A stretch of DNA of 64,000 nt from an uncultured Planctomycetaceae bacterium (GCA_963815195.1 CAWFGE010000013.1:448001-512000); one strand, 5' to 3'. Shown: positions 33,686 through 44,686, numbered from the stretch's first letter. Numbers and translations are program-made. The notes: generated by a model from the sequence alone, not told the origin.

Positions 33686-34109
33686 ATGGTCCAAGACGAA
33701 TTTCAAGTCGCGATCCCCAGCAAAACGGGTGAAGGCCAGGCCGTTCAGGAGCGAATCGTCTCGCTCCTCGAACAGTTGGAATACCCGCCGCGGGACGTGT
33801 TTGGAGTTCGCCTGGCCTTGGAAGAGGCGCTGGTGAATGCGATCAAGCACGGCAACGGGATGGTGCCGTCAAAGTTGGTCCGGATCGAATGCCGGGTCAG
33901 CGCAGGATTCCGTGTGGATTCGCATCGAGGATGAAGGCCACGGCTTCGATTTGGAATCCTTGCCGGATCCCACGCTGGAGGAGAATCTGGAAAAACCCTC
34001 CGGCCGCGGCATTTTGCTCATGCGGGAGTTTATGACGAAAGTCGAATACAACGAGCGCGGCAATTGCGTTATTCTGGAAAAACGCCGCGATGTCGCCGAC
34101 GCCGACTAA
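33686..34109 (+). CDS. RsbW/SpoIIAB-like anti-sigma kinase (frameshift ~33900)
   Basis: LALEEALVNAIKHGN, IEDEGHGFD, SGRGILLM, YNERGN. Confidence 0.9.
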
Positions 34110-34578
34110 GCCGCCGACAGCCGAGTGGGAAAAAGCCCTCGTTTGCGACCCAGGGTTTTCTGGGGCGGCAAATCGGGGAAAACGCGAAATCTGTGAGGAT
34201 TCTGTGTAGACAACTCTTCCACAATTCGGCAGACTGAACCAAGCGCTCGATTCCTCAACTTCGCTTCCCAGCGTAAGTTGAGGAAGGGCAACTGTCCTAC
34301 GAACGTGAAAAATCCGAAATCCTCCCCTCTGTGGGAGACCTTCGGTGCGGGCCATTTCATCATAAACTCGTTCGAGAAACGGAATTCCTTTGCGGGTGGA
34401 CGACCCGCCTGGCGTTTCCTCCGTGTCGCTGAATACCTAATTCGCAACCCACTCGTCTTCCAGAAGCGCGAATGCGAAGGGTGGGCGGCACGTGGAATCT
34501 TGAAGTGTTGGGTTTCTCGACTTTTGTGTTTGCGGAGGTGGCTCGCCCGGTTGGTTTCCCCCAACTTAGGATTCTCTC

Positions 34579-35571
34579 ATGGCCCAAACCGTTTCGCCCC
34601 CCAATGGACGGATGGCGCGATTGGACCGCCGGCATGATGCGATTTGGTTGGATGGTCCAGTCCCGGCGGGGTTTTGGGACGAGTGGGAAAACCGCAGGCG
34701 TTACCTGCTCTGGCTCGGCGAGCAGCTCGGCTTTGAATCGGTCCGGGATTGGTACCGCGTTACCACGGACGACGTCAAAGCCCATCGCGGCGGCGGCGTG
34801 CTCAAATACGCCTGGAACAGTTCCATCATCGCCGGCGTGAGAGACTGCTTTCCCGATTATGACTGGAAAGATTGGCTGTTCGGAATGTGCCCCCGCACCT
34901 TCTGGTGCGATCCCAAGAACCACAAGGTCTACATGAATTGGCTGGGCCAGCAGCTGGGAATCCGCCGCGCCGAAGATTGGTACAACGTGACCAACGACGA
35001 CTTCATCCGCAACAAAGGCGGGGCGTTTTTGCTGCACTACAACTGCACTATCTCCGCCGCGGTGATGGCCCATCTCCCCGATTACGAGTGGAAAGAGTGG
35101 CTGTTTCGCAAGATCCCCAAAGGCTTCTGGCATTTGAAGAAAAACCGCCTCCGCTATCTCAAATGGCTCGCCGATCGCCTGGAAATTCGCCGCATGGAAG
35201 GCTGGTATCACCTTACCCGCCGGCATTTTGAAGAGAACTGCGGGAACAATCTGCTCAAGCAGTTCGCCGGCTCGCCTTGCCTGCTCTTGAAAGACGCCTA
35301 TTCCCGCTACCCCTGGAAGGAATGGATGTTCCGCCGGGTGCCTTTGGGGTTCTGGAAACGCCGCGAAAACCGCCGCCGGTATATGGATTGGCTCGGCAAG
35401 CACCTCGGATACAAAACCCCCGAGGATTGGTACCAAATCCGCCGCAGCGATTTTCTGCAAAACTACGGCGGCGGATTGTTGGCGTCGCTTTCGTCCTACA
35501 AAGATCTCCTGGAAGAACACCTGCCCGATTTGGACTGGAACCGCGAAGCCCTCGCCATCCCTCGCCAATAA
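34579..35571 (+). CDS. Protein of four ~75-aa Trp-rich repeats
   Basis: 4 x PxxFW...N..Y..WL...L....(D/G)WY......F....GG..L.....P.Y.WK.W.F. Confidence 0.8.
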   Translation: MAQTVSPPNGRMARLDRRHDAIWLDGPVPAGFWDEWENRRRYLLWLGEQLGFESVRDWYRVTTDDVKAHRGGGVLKYAWNSSIIAGVRDCFPDYDWKDWLFGMCPRTFWCDPKNHKVYMNWLGQQLGIRRAEDWYNVTNDDFIRNKGGAFLLHYNCTISAAVMAHLPDYEWKEWLFRKIPKGFWHLKKNRLRYLKWLADRLEIRRMEGWYHLTRRHFEENCGNNLLKQFAGSPCLLLKDAYSRYPWKEWMFRRVPLGFWKRRENRRRYMDWLGKHLGYKTPEDWYQIRRSDFLQNYGGGLLASLSSYKDLLEEHLPDLDWNREALAIPRQ

Positions 35572-35694
35572 CAAAAGCCGGCGGATCCGGAAAATGGGAA
35601 ACAAAAGTCTGGATCTGAGGCGAAGTTCACGGTACGCTTTCTCGAAGAGCCTCTCTTCATTTCCCTGCGCTCGACTGGAAGGAATCCCGTTCCC

Positions 35695-36078
35695 ATGAGC
35701 GTCTCCGACTCTTTTACTCCCGGCCGCAATCGAACCGAAACTCTGCCCAAGGTCTTCGACATCGATGAGTCGGCCAAGTCGATCCTCGTGAGACTCGGCC
35801 GGGAAGCGTCTTTGGAGGAGGCGTTCATTGTCCGTTGCCGAAAGGAGATCACCCGGCTGTTGGAATCCGGGGACTTCGAGACCGTGCTCTTCGATTTGGA
35901 AGATTTGCTGATTTTGCCAAGCAGCGCCTTGGGTTTGATCGCCGCCGTCAGCAGGCAGCCCGCACTTGTCATCGTGAAAAACGCGTCCCCGGCGATTCAC
36001 GAGGATTTCCAACTCACGGGTCTCTATCGCATGGTCGAGTTCGACCCGGCCCCGGGAAAATCTCCTCCTGCGAAATGA
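35695..36078 (+). CDS. STAS-domain protein
   Basis: VLFDLEDLLILPSSALGLI...NASPAIHEDFQLTGL. Confidence 0.65.
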   Translation: MSVSDSFTPGRNRTETLPKVFDIDESAKSILVRLGREASLEEAFIVRCRKEITRLLESGDFETVLFDLEDLLILPSSALGLIAAVSRQPALVIVKNASPAIHEDFQLTGLYRMVEFDPAPGKSPPAK

Positions 36079-36085
36079 TCTTGGA

Positions 36086-37086
36086 TCATTCTGCGAATCG
36101 CTTCAATTCCGGCTCGATCCGCCGCAGGCCTTCTTCCACGCTGATCTCGGGATTGTAGCCGAAGTCGCTCTTCGCTTTGGAAACGTCATAAGTGTGCGAT
36201 TGGCTGAGTTCGAGGGCCAGAAACCGCGTCATGGGAGGCTCGGCTGCGATTTTGAGCGTCTTGTAAATCCCCTCGAATACCGCCCCCAATCGATAAGCGG
36301 CCTTTGCGGAGATGTGTTTTTTGACCGGCGGCACGCCCGCCCGCTTTAACAACTCGTCGATCCAATCCCACAGGTTGACCGGTTCGGGCTCGTTGATGAA
36401 GTAGGCTTCTCCGCAGACCGCGGAACCGGGAACCAGGGCATCGCCCGCTTGGAGATGGGCGGCGGCGGCGTTTTCCACGTAGCACATCGAAATCAGATTG
36501 CTCCCATCACCCACGCGCCGCAAGCGCCGGACTTCGCCCGGCGGATGAGCCGCGGGATCAAATGATTGTCCCGCGGCCCCCAAATCAGATGCGGCCGCAG
36601 AGCGCACGTCAACAGCCCGTCCCGGCCGTTCGTGGCGAGAACCGCTTGCTCCGCGAGGGCTTTTGTGTGCGGATAATGACAGAGATACCGCTGGGGATAG
36701 GGGGCGGTTTCATCGGTCCCCAAATGCGGCGTGCCGTCGAACACCACGCTGGGGGAACTGGTGTAAACGAGCCGCCGGACGCCGCGCTCCCGGCAGGCTT
36801 CGATGACATTCAAAGTGCCCTGGGTATTGACACCGTAGAAATGTTTCCAGGACCCCCAAATCCCCGGAACCGCGGCGACGTGAAACACCGTCTCGCAATT
36901 CGCCGCGGCTTGGGAGACGGCCGCCCGATCCCGCACGTCTCCGCGAACACAGGAAACGCCCAGAGCCTTGAGTTCGGGATACTCCCCGCGGGCCAACACG
37001 CGAACCTCGTCGCCCCGGGCTCGCAGGTGCTCCACGATATACCGCCCCAAAAACCCCCCGCCGCCCGTGACCAGTGTCGTCGCCAT
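36086..37086 (-). CDS. 3-beta-HSD-like NAD-dependent epimerase/dehydratase (frameshift ~36525)
   Basis: [28 protein letters not shown] (YxxxK), [20 protein letters not shown]. Confidence 0.9.
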
Positions 37087-37230
37087 GTTGATTCATGAGC
37101 AAAGTGAAAGAAAATAGAGGATAGAAGTTGGAGGATAGCCGCTTCTAACCTCGATCTTCCATCCTCAATCCGGCGTGTGAAGGCAGGAGATTATCCTCCG
37201 CCAGGTCGCTCGTCATTCCGGTGCCTTTCC

Positions 37231-37345
37231 CTCGTTCCCAAGCTCTGCTTGGGAACGCACTCACGCGAAGCTCCGCTTCGCAACGCATCCATAACGCGAC
37301 CGTCTCCGAGTGGATTTGAGTCGCCCGACGGAGCTTGGGAACGAG
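37231..37345. repeat. REP-like element (family F)
   Basis: CTCGTTCCCAAGCTC...GAGCTTGGGAACGAG terminal inverted repeat. Confidence 0.75.
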
Positions 37346-37368
37346 GGTAGAAAATGCACCGGCGGACA

Positions 37369-38215
37369 CTACTCTTCCGCCAGGTCGCTCGTCGCTCCGG
37401 TGCCTTGCTCTTGGATTCTCATGTCCACGTTGAAGGTGGAGGTGGACTGGTAATCGTCGCGCGAAGCGTTGCCGTCTTTCTCGTGGCGAACCACTTCGAC
37501 CTTCCAGCGGGCGAGGCCGAACGGAACCTGGTCGCTGGTCCAAATGTCGGCTTTGTTGACCGAACGATTGGTGGGGCTTTCCATCGTCAACTCGCCCTTG
37601 TAATGCGTCGCGGTGGTCACCGACTGAAGTTTGACTTGGGGAATCTTCGCCCTCGCCGGCGACCTCCAAGGTGCGATAATAAGCCAAGAGCGAGATCATC
37701 GGGTAGGTCTGCAAAACCCCGGACGTGATCGGTTCCACGGGCCGTTCCCCGAACCGGCGATAGCCTTTCACCACCGGCAGAAACGCCACGGGGATAGTGT
37801 CTTTGTCGATGACTCGACCTTCGACCGGCGGGCCGGTGATGCCCGCGATCGGCACGAGCACCTTGTAAATTCGCTGCCCGCCGGGGCCGGGTTTCAGAGT
37901 TCCGTCGCCGCCTTTTTCCGAAGCCGTGATGACTTTGATCTCGAACCATTGGCAATCCACGGTTTGGCCCTCGTACTCCGCTTGGGTCTTTTTGAGGGCT
38001 TTGAGCGTCAGGTGCCGACGCCAGGGGCCGAGTTTCAGGCGTTTATCGACCGGATCGTTGGGGCGGTCGTCGAACTGCGAGTAGTCGCCTTCGTACCGCA
38101 CCCAGGTTCCCTCGTCGGGGGCTTTCCAGATCAAGCCCTGTGCGGACGCCGAGGACGCGGTGTAAGCTCCGAGTCCGAAAACCAACAGATAACCCAAGAA
38201 AAATCGCCGAAACAT
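37369..38215 (-). CDS. Secreted hypothetical protein (frameshift ~37625)
   Basis: Signal peptide MFRRFFLGY...ASAQGLIW; GTWVRYEG; C-terminal WTSDQVPFGLARW. Confidence 0.7.
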
Positions 38216-38440
38216 AAGTTCCTCGATATTTGAAACCAATGATGGGAAATATGGAAACCCTGGATTGGGGAAGGAAGAGTCCTTCTTTCCAGTGTGACAC
38301 ACCGCCGCGGAGGTGGCAAGGGTTTTTCTCGGCGGCGGAATTTGACCACCACGAAAGTTTTTATCCGGCGCAAAAATCGGCACGGAGAATGTCGCTTGGG
38401 ACATCTTCCGCGCCGATTGGGGGGGGCCGTCGATTTGGGA

Positions 38441-38956
38441 TTATTTCGCGGCGGCGAAGGCGGCGTCGTAGTTGGGATGCTCGGCGATTTCCTTCACGTA
38501 TTCCACGTGCTTGACTTTCCCTGCGCCATCGACCACGAACACCGCCCGCACCAGCAATCGGTCAAGCGCACCGCCCGAAAGCAACACACCATAATCTTCG
38601 GCGAATTTCGTGCAGCGGTGGGCGCTTAAGGTTTTGACATTGTCCACGCCCTCGGCTCCGCACCAGCGTTTGATCGCGAACGGCAGATCCATGCTCACGA
38701 CCATGATCTCCACGCCCGGGTGGCTTTTGGCCAGGTCGTTGAATTTTTTGGTTTCTTCGCTGCAAACCGGGGTGTCCAGCGAGGGGACGGTGGCGATGAC
38801 GCGCGTTTTGCCCGCGGATTGGGCCAGCGTGACATCTTCCAGAGCCGGACTTTGCAGTTTGAAATCGGGAGCCGAGTCGCCCGCTTTGAGCACCGTTCCC
38901 GCGACATCCACGGGGTTGCCTTTAAATGTCACCGCATCATTTCGCACATTGGCCAT
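38441..38956 (-). CDS. tpx: Thiol peroxidase (atypical 2-Cys peroxiredoxin)
   Basis: [44 protein letters not shown]. Confidence 0.95.
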   Translation of the reverse strand: MANVRNDAVTFKGNPVDVAGTVLKAGDSAPDFKLQSPALEDVTLAQSAGKTRVIATVPSLDTPVCSEETKKFNDLAKSHPGVEIMVVSMDLPFAIKRWCGAEGVDNVKTLSAHRCTKFAEDYGVLLSGGALDRLLVRAVFVVDGAGKVKHVEYVKEIAEHPNYDAAFAAAK

Positions 38957-39112
38957 CGTGTGATCCTTCCATATAATGAAGATTCCAAAAGGGAGAGTCC
39001 CGCTCACAATCCGCAGTATCCCAACTGCCGCCCAAGTTGCAAGTCTGTCGGCGGCCAGACTGGGAGATGGGGAGAGCCGAGGCGAAAACTCAAATACACA
39101 ACGGACAGCGGA

Positions 39113-40947
39113 ATGGCACGATCGGTTTATGATTTTGACGTCGTGGTCGTGGGAGCCGGGCATGCGGGCTGCGAGGCGGCATTGGCGGCGGCTCGCATCG
39201 GGGCGAAAACCGCGCTTTTGACCATGAACTGCGACACCGTGGCCCAGATGAGTTGCAACCCCGCCATCGGAGGCGTGGCCAAGGGGCAGATCGTCCGCGA
39301 GATCGACGCCCTGGGCGGCGAGATGGGCCGGGTCACCGACGAGACCGCCCTGCAGTTCCGCATGCTCAACCGCGCCAAAGGCCCGGCCATGCACAGCCCC
39401 CGCGCCAGGCCGACAAAAAAGCCTACCAGTTCCTGATGAAGCAGCGGGTCGAGGCCCAGGAAAATCTCGTGCTTCGCCAGGAAATGGCCGAGGGCCTAAT
39501 CGTCGAAAACGGAGCCGTCGCCGGGCTAAAAGTCCGCGGCGATGCGATGTATCGGGCGAAAGCGGTGGTGCTGACCACGGGCACGTTTTTGCAGGCCGTG
39601 ATGCACACCGGCGAATCCAAAACCCAAGGCGGCCGGGCCGGCGAAGGCACCACGGGCACGCTGTCCGATTGCCTCTCGGCGTTGGGGTTTGAGCTGGAAC
39701 GATTCAAGACCGGCACGCCCGCCCGCTTGAACGGCCGCACGATCGATTATTCCCTCCTCGAACTCCAGCCCGGCGACGACGACCCGCAGCCGTTTTCGTT
39801 TCTGACCGACCGCCTCACGCAGACGCAGCTTCCCTGTTACATCACGCACACCAATGCCGGCGTCCACGAGATCATCCGGGCCAATCTCGACCGGGCCCCG
39901 ATGTATTGCGGGCAGATTTCCTCGACGGGGCCGCGGTATTGTCCGAGCATCGAGGACAAAGTCGTGCGGTTCGCCGAGCGGGATTCGCACCAGATTTTCC
40001 TGGAGCCCGAAGGCTACAACACGCACGAAGTGTACTGCAACGGCATCTCCACCAGCCTCCCGCGGGACGTGCAGGACGAGATGGTCCGCCGGATTCGCGG
40101 CTTGGAGAACGCGGAGATCATGCGGTACGGCTACGCGGTGGAATACGATTTCGCTCCGCCCACGCAACTCAAGGCGACCTTGGAGACCAAGCGCGTGGCC
40201 GGTCTGTATTTCGCGGGCCAACTCAACGGCACGACCGGTTATGAAGAAGCCGCGGGCCAGGGACTTTTGGCGGGAGCGAACGCGGCCCTCAAGATCGCCG
40301 ATCAGCCGGCGTTGATTCTCGACCGCAGCCAGGCGTACTTGGGGGTGTTGATCGACGACCTCGTCACCAAAGGCGTCGATGAGCCTTACCGCATGTTTAC
40401 CTCGCGGGCGGAGTATCGGCTCTTGCTCCGGCACGACAACGCCGACCGCCGACTTACGCCCCTCGGCCGCCGGGCCGGGTTGGTGTCGGACGAACGCTGG
40501 CGTCGGCTGGAACGGCACGAAGCCGAGATCGCCCGCGCGACTGAACTCATCACCGGCCGCCGACATCAGGGGGCGACGTTGGAAGAGCTTCTCCGCCGGC
40601 CCGAAAACAATTGGGACAAGATTTCCGCGGTCTCGCCTGAAGCGGCGGAACTCGATCTCTCAGCATTAGCCCGGCATCAGGTGGAAGTCGAAACCAAATA
40701 CGCGGGCTACATCCGCCGGCAGTTGGCGACCGTGAACAAGCAGCAAAAGGTGCAAAACGTGCGGATTCCCGACACGTTCGACTACATCGCCATCCCGCAG
40801 CTTCGCGCAGAGGCCAAGGAAAAGCTGACCCGCATCCGCCCCCAAAACCTGGGCCAAGCCGGCCGCATCAGCGGCATCACCCCGGCCGACCTCGCGGTGT
40901 TGATGCTGTATCTCGACAACCCCAACCGCAGCGCCTCGACCCGCTGA
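39113..40947 (+). CDS. mnmG: tRNA uridine-5-carboxymethylaminomethyl synthesis enzyme (frameshift ~39405)
   Basis: [68 protein letters not shown]. Confidence 0.95.
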
Positions 40948-41115
40948 TGCTCCGGCCAAACTCAAACCGTGCGCTTCGAGGCTTAGATGAATGGTGACCG
41001 TTGAAACCAAGACCGGCGACTAGCGCCGTTCCGCTCACGTTGGCGGAATCTGCATTTTCACGCACGCTTTCAACAAGAACCCGGCCAATGACAAAATGCA
41101 CCCGAATCGTGGCGT

Positions 41116-42711
41116 TCAAGCGGGTTTGACGTGCGGGTCGCCGGCTTCGACGACGAAGGACGCCCGTGTGGAACACTTGCCGCCCGGCTTTTGAATATCG
41201 TCGACCACCACGTAATCGCTGGTCCAAGTCTCCGGCGTGACGCGGCAGCGGACGTAGCCCCGCTCGCGGTTGTGGAACTTGACGCAGGGATTGTCCGCGA
41301 GCAGTTTTTCGAGATCGCGCGGTTTGTCCTCGCCGTTGCCGCCGCTGCTGATCGATGTGCCCACGAACTCGGTGGCGACGACGGCTTCGCCGGGTTTCCG
41401 GTCATCGATGCGGAGTTCGTTGACCCAGTTGGAATGAATGTCCCCCGTGAGCACAACGGGATTGGGCACCCGCCGCTCGGCGATGTACTTCATCAACTGC
41501 ATTCGCTCGTAAGCGCAGCCGGGCCATTGATCCATCGAATACACCGGCGGCTCCATGCCCTTCGCGAAGCCGACGAGGCCCATCATCACCTGCTGGGCGA
41601 GCACGTTCCACGTCGCTTGGGACGCGATCAGCGATCGGTCCAGCCAGTCCCGCTGTTTGTCTCCCAACAACGAATTGCCGCGGTAGAGGGCCGCATCGTT
41701 CAAGGGCGATTTCTTGTCGCCGTTGGGCTGATCGGTGCGGTATTGCCGGGTGTCCAATACGAAAAAGTCGGCGAGCCGGCCGAAGGGAGACCGGCGGTAA
41801 AGCTGCATGTGCGGTCCCTTGGGCAGCGAACGCCGGCGGAGAGGCATCATCTCGTAATACGCCTGATACGCATTGGCCCGCCGGATAAGATAATCCACAG
41901 GGTCGGCATCAAGCTCTTCGGAAACATCTCCCGCGCAATTGTTGTCGAACTCATGATCGTCCCAGGTCAAAAGCCACGGGCATTTCGCGTGCATGCCGTG
42001 GAGCAAGGGGTCGGCCCGGTACTGCGAATGCCGGACGCGGTAATCGCCCAGCGATTCGAGTTCCGGGCCGAGGTGCGTCCGCACCTTGCCGTTTTTGCCG
42101 GAGGCGTATTCGTAGATGTAATCGCCCAGATGGATCACCAGGTCGAGGTCGTCTTGGGCCATCTGCTCGTAGGCGGTGAACAGGCCCTGCTCGAAATTCT
42201 GGCAGGAGGCGAAGGCGAATTTCAGTTCTCCCGGGAGCTGAGCCGGGCTGGGGAACGTGCGGGTGCGGCCGATGGGACTCTCCGCATCCCCGGCCCGGAA
42301 ACGATACCAATACCAGCGGTCCGGCTTGAGGCCTTCGACTTCGACGTGAACCGAATGTCCCAACTGCGGCGTGGCCAGGGTCTTGCCGGAAGCGACGGTT
42401 TTCTTCATCGCGTCGTCTTCTGCCACTTCCCACTTCACTTCGACCGCCGAGGGCGGCATGCCGCCGTGGGGATCGAAAGGTTCGGGAGCGAGCCGGGTCC
42501 AAATCACCACGCCCCGGCTCCAGGGATCGCCCGATGCGACGCCCAGGGCAAAGGGTTCCTTCGGAAAATTGGGGATCGCTTCGGCCATCGCCGCGCGGTT
42601 CAAAAGCGGTAGCGAAGACAGCGCGGCCCCGTAGCCCAAAAACAACCGCCGGCTGATGCCCCCTTCATAACGCACCGCTTCGCGAAGATTCCGCAGATCG
42701 AACATCGTCAA
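41116..42711 (-). CDS. phoD: Alkaline phosphatase D, Tat-exported
   Basis: SRRLFL Tat motif, FALGVASGDP, FASCQN, HLGDYIYE, WDDHE, LDTRQYR, LTGDIH. Confidence 0.9.
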   Translation of the reverse strand: MTMFDLRNLREAVRYEGGISRRLFLGYGAALSSLPLLNRAAMAEAIPNFPKEPFALGVASGDPWSRGVVIWTRLAPEPFDPHGGMPPSAVEVKWEVAEDDAMKKTVASGKTLATPQLGHSVHVEVEGLKPDRWYWYRFRAGDAESPIGRTRTFPSPAQLPGELKFAFASCQNFEQGLFTAYEQMAQDDLDLVIHLGDYIYEYASGKNGKVRTHLGPELESLGDYRVRHSQYRADPLLHGMHAKCPWLLTWDDHEFDNNCAGDVSEELDADPVDYLIRRANAYQAYYEMMPLRRRSLPKGPHMQLYRRSPFGRLADFFVLDTRQYRTDQPNGDKKSPLNDAALYRGNSLLGDKQRDWLDRSLIASQATWNVLAQQVMMGLVGFAKGMEPPVYSMDQWPGCAYERMQLMKYIAERRVPNPVVLTGDIHSNWVNELRIDDRKPGEAVVATEFVGTSISSGGNGEDKPRDLEKLLADNPCVKFHNRERGYVRCRVTPETWTSDYVVVDDIQKPGGKCSTRASFVVEAGDPHVKPA

Positions 42712-43056
42712 AAAGTCCTTATGAGTTAGCAGCGGTTCAGAAATTAGCCGCAGGGCGCTAGCCTGGGCTGTTAAAAAATTGGTATTGAAGTCTAAAAACG
42801 CGGGTTCTGGCTTGCGCCACCTTTGTTCTCGTTTTTTTGGAAAGCATTAGGGCCGAAGGCCCGGCTCTCTGTCAGCCCAGGGCCAGCGCAGCGCCGCCCT
42901 GGGTTACGGATGATCCATGAAACGCAAGCCCCACGGGGGCGGCCCCTCTCGCCACGGAACAAGGCATCGCGCATTTCCGATTTCGGGCCGCCCCGTTGGG
43001 GCTTCGGCATTTTGCTCGTTCCCGTTCCCAGGGCTGCGCCCTTATAGGATTTGCTG

Positions 43057-43360
43057 AGGGATGGATCGGCCGCGGGAGAGGGCGGGGGGACGCAAGTCTC
43101 TCCCCACGGACTCTTCCGCGCCGGAGCCGATCCAGCGCCGTTTTTTTCCTGTTTTTCCAGCCCCAACTTTGAGAGGATCAAAATCAGGCACGCGTCGCCC
43201 CGCTACGAATCGTGCGCCCCATCGCTTCAACGATTGAGCCCAGACTTTCGAGCGGGACGATGCTCTTGGGAACCAACGAATCACTCCAGATGATGACGCC
43301 AAAACGTCTCGGACTATAAGGTTTTCGCCCGCTCCCAAGATCGCGTGCCCTTTTTGATTG
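43057..43360 (+). ncRNA. IS110 bridge RNA
   Basis: 5' hairpin 43062-43134; target loop with TGCGCCC (43213-43219) and AGCCCAG (43237-43243); donor loop with CAGATG (43287-43292) and CTATAAG (43314-43320). Confidence 0.8.
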
Positions 43361-43389
43361 TGTTTCACTTTAACAGGAGACGATCCCCC

Positions 43390-44673
43390 ATGCACTCGAA
43401 TTTGCTCGACCCCAATGCCTGTGTGCTGATCGGCCTCGATTGGGCCGACCGCGAACATGCCGTCTGCCGGCTGCTTCCCGACGGCGGAACCGAACACCGG
43501 CAACTCGAACACACGCCCGAAGCGATTGCCGACTGGCTCGCCGGCCTGCGGAAGCAATTCCCCGGTCGCCCGATTCGGATCGCGTTGGAGCAAAGCCGCG
43601 GCGCGCTGATGAACGCGCTCCGCCGTTTCGCCGACCTGGAACTCGAACTGTATCCCATCAATCCCAAGCAGCTGGCCCGCTATCGGGACGCGATTCATCC
43701 TTCGGGAGCGAAATCCGATCCAGACGATGCGCAGCTCTTGGCCCGCTTTCTGCAAAACCATCAGGAGCAACTCCTCCCGTTCGTGGCGGACGATCCCGAA
43801 ACCCGCCGCCTGGCCGAGTTGTCCGAACTTCGCCGCAAGCTGGTCGATGACCGCAAAACCCTTGTGCAGAAGCTCGAAGGCACGCTCAAGCTGTATTTTC
43901 CGCAACTGCTCGAATGGTGTGCCGGCAAGAGTCGCCAACCCCTGTTGCTCGCCGTGCTTCGCCGCTGGCCGAGCTTGGGCGATCTTAAGCGGGCTCATCC
44001 CAAAACGCTGCGCACGTTCCTCGCCGAGCATGGCCTGCGGAACCCCGACCAGCAAACCGAGTGGATCGACAACGTCCGCCCCGCCACCCCGTTGACCGAG
44101 GATGCCAGTTTGATCGAACCCCGCGCGATGTACGCCCAAAGTCTCGGCCGGCAAATCGAGGAACTGAACGAGGCCATTGCCAAATTCGAGAAGCAACTGG
44201 ACGAGGCGACCACCGCGCATCCCGACCACGAACTGTTCCGCTCGCTGCCCGGTGCCGGCGACGTCCTCACGCCGCGACTCATCGTGGCGATGGGCTCCGA
44301 CCGGGACCGCTACCAAGACGCCGGGGACGTGCAATCCAAAAGCGGCATCGCCCCGATCACCAAGCAAAGCGGGAAGACCCGGCTCGTGTTGTCGCGAATC
44401 GCCTGCCCCAAATTTCTCCGGCAGACATTCCACGAGTTCGCCGACCAGGCCCGCCGCTGGAGCGATTGGTCCCGAGCGTTCTATCAAATGAAACGCGCGG
44501 CCGGCATGAGCCACCACGCCGCGGTCCGCGCCTTGGCCTTCAAATGGATTCGCATCATCTTTCGGATGTGGCAAACCGGCACCCCTTACTCGGAAATGAA
44601 GTACCAGGAACAACTCACAATCAGAAACAGCCCCGTCTGGAATTTATTGGAAACAACAACAGAAACCACCTGA
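43390..44673 (+). CDS. IS110 DEDD recombinase/transposase
   Basis: RBS AGGAGA; IGLDWA, IALEQ, KSDPDDA (DEDD); LPGAG, GIAPITKQSG; no frameshift. Confidence 0.95.
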   Translation: MHSNLLDPNACVLIGLDWADREHAVCRLLPDGGTEHRQLEHTPEAIADWLAGLRKQFPGRPIRIALEQSRGALMNALRRFADLELELYPINPKQLARYRDAIHPSGAKSDPDDAQLLARFLQNHQEQLLPFVADDPETRRLAELSELRRKLVDDRKTLVQKLEGTLKLYFPQLLEWCAGKSRQPLLLAVLRRWPSLGDLKRAHPKTLRTFLAEHGLRNPDQQTEWIDNVRPATPLTEDASLIEPRAMYAQSLGRQIEELNEAIAKFEKQLDEATTAHPDHELFRSLPGAGDVLTPRLIVAMGSDRDRYQDAGDVQSKSGIAPITKQSGKTRLVLSRIACPKFLRQTFHEFADQARRWSDWSRAFYQMKRAAGMSHHAAVRALAFKWIRIIFRMWQTGTPYSEMKYQEQLTIRNSPVWNLLETTTETT

Positions 44674-44680
44674 AACCCAC

Positions 44681-44686
44681 TTGAAA
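44681..44686 (+). promoter_or_regulatory. -35 box of the IS110 circle-junction promoter
   Basis: TTGAAA; after circularisation at CT it lies 17 bp from TAGGAT (43045-43050). Confidence 0.8.

Noticed and set aside
34110..34578. Riboswitch or ncRNA in the long intergenic gap
   Set aside because: No recognisable aptamer consensus or extended pairing found by eye
39395..39415. Programmed frameshift in mnmG and other genes
   Set aside because: No consistent slippery site or stimulatory structure; restoring one base gives a normal protein
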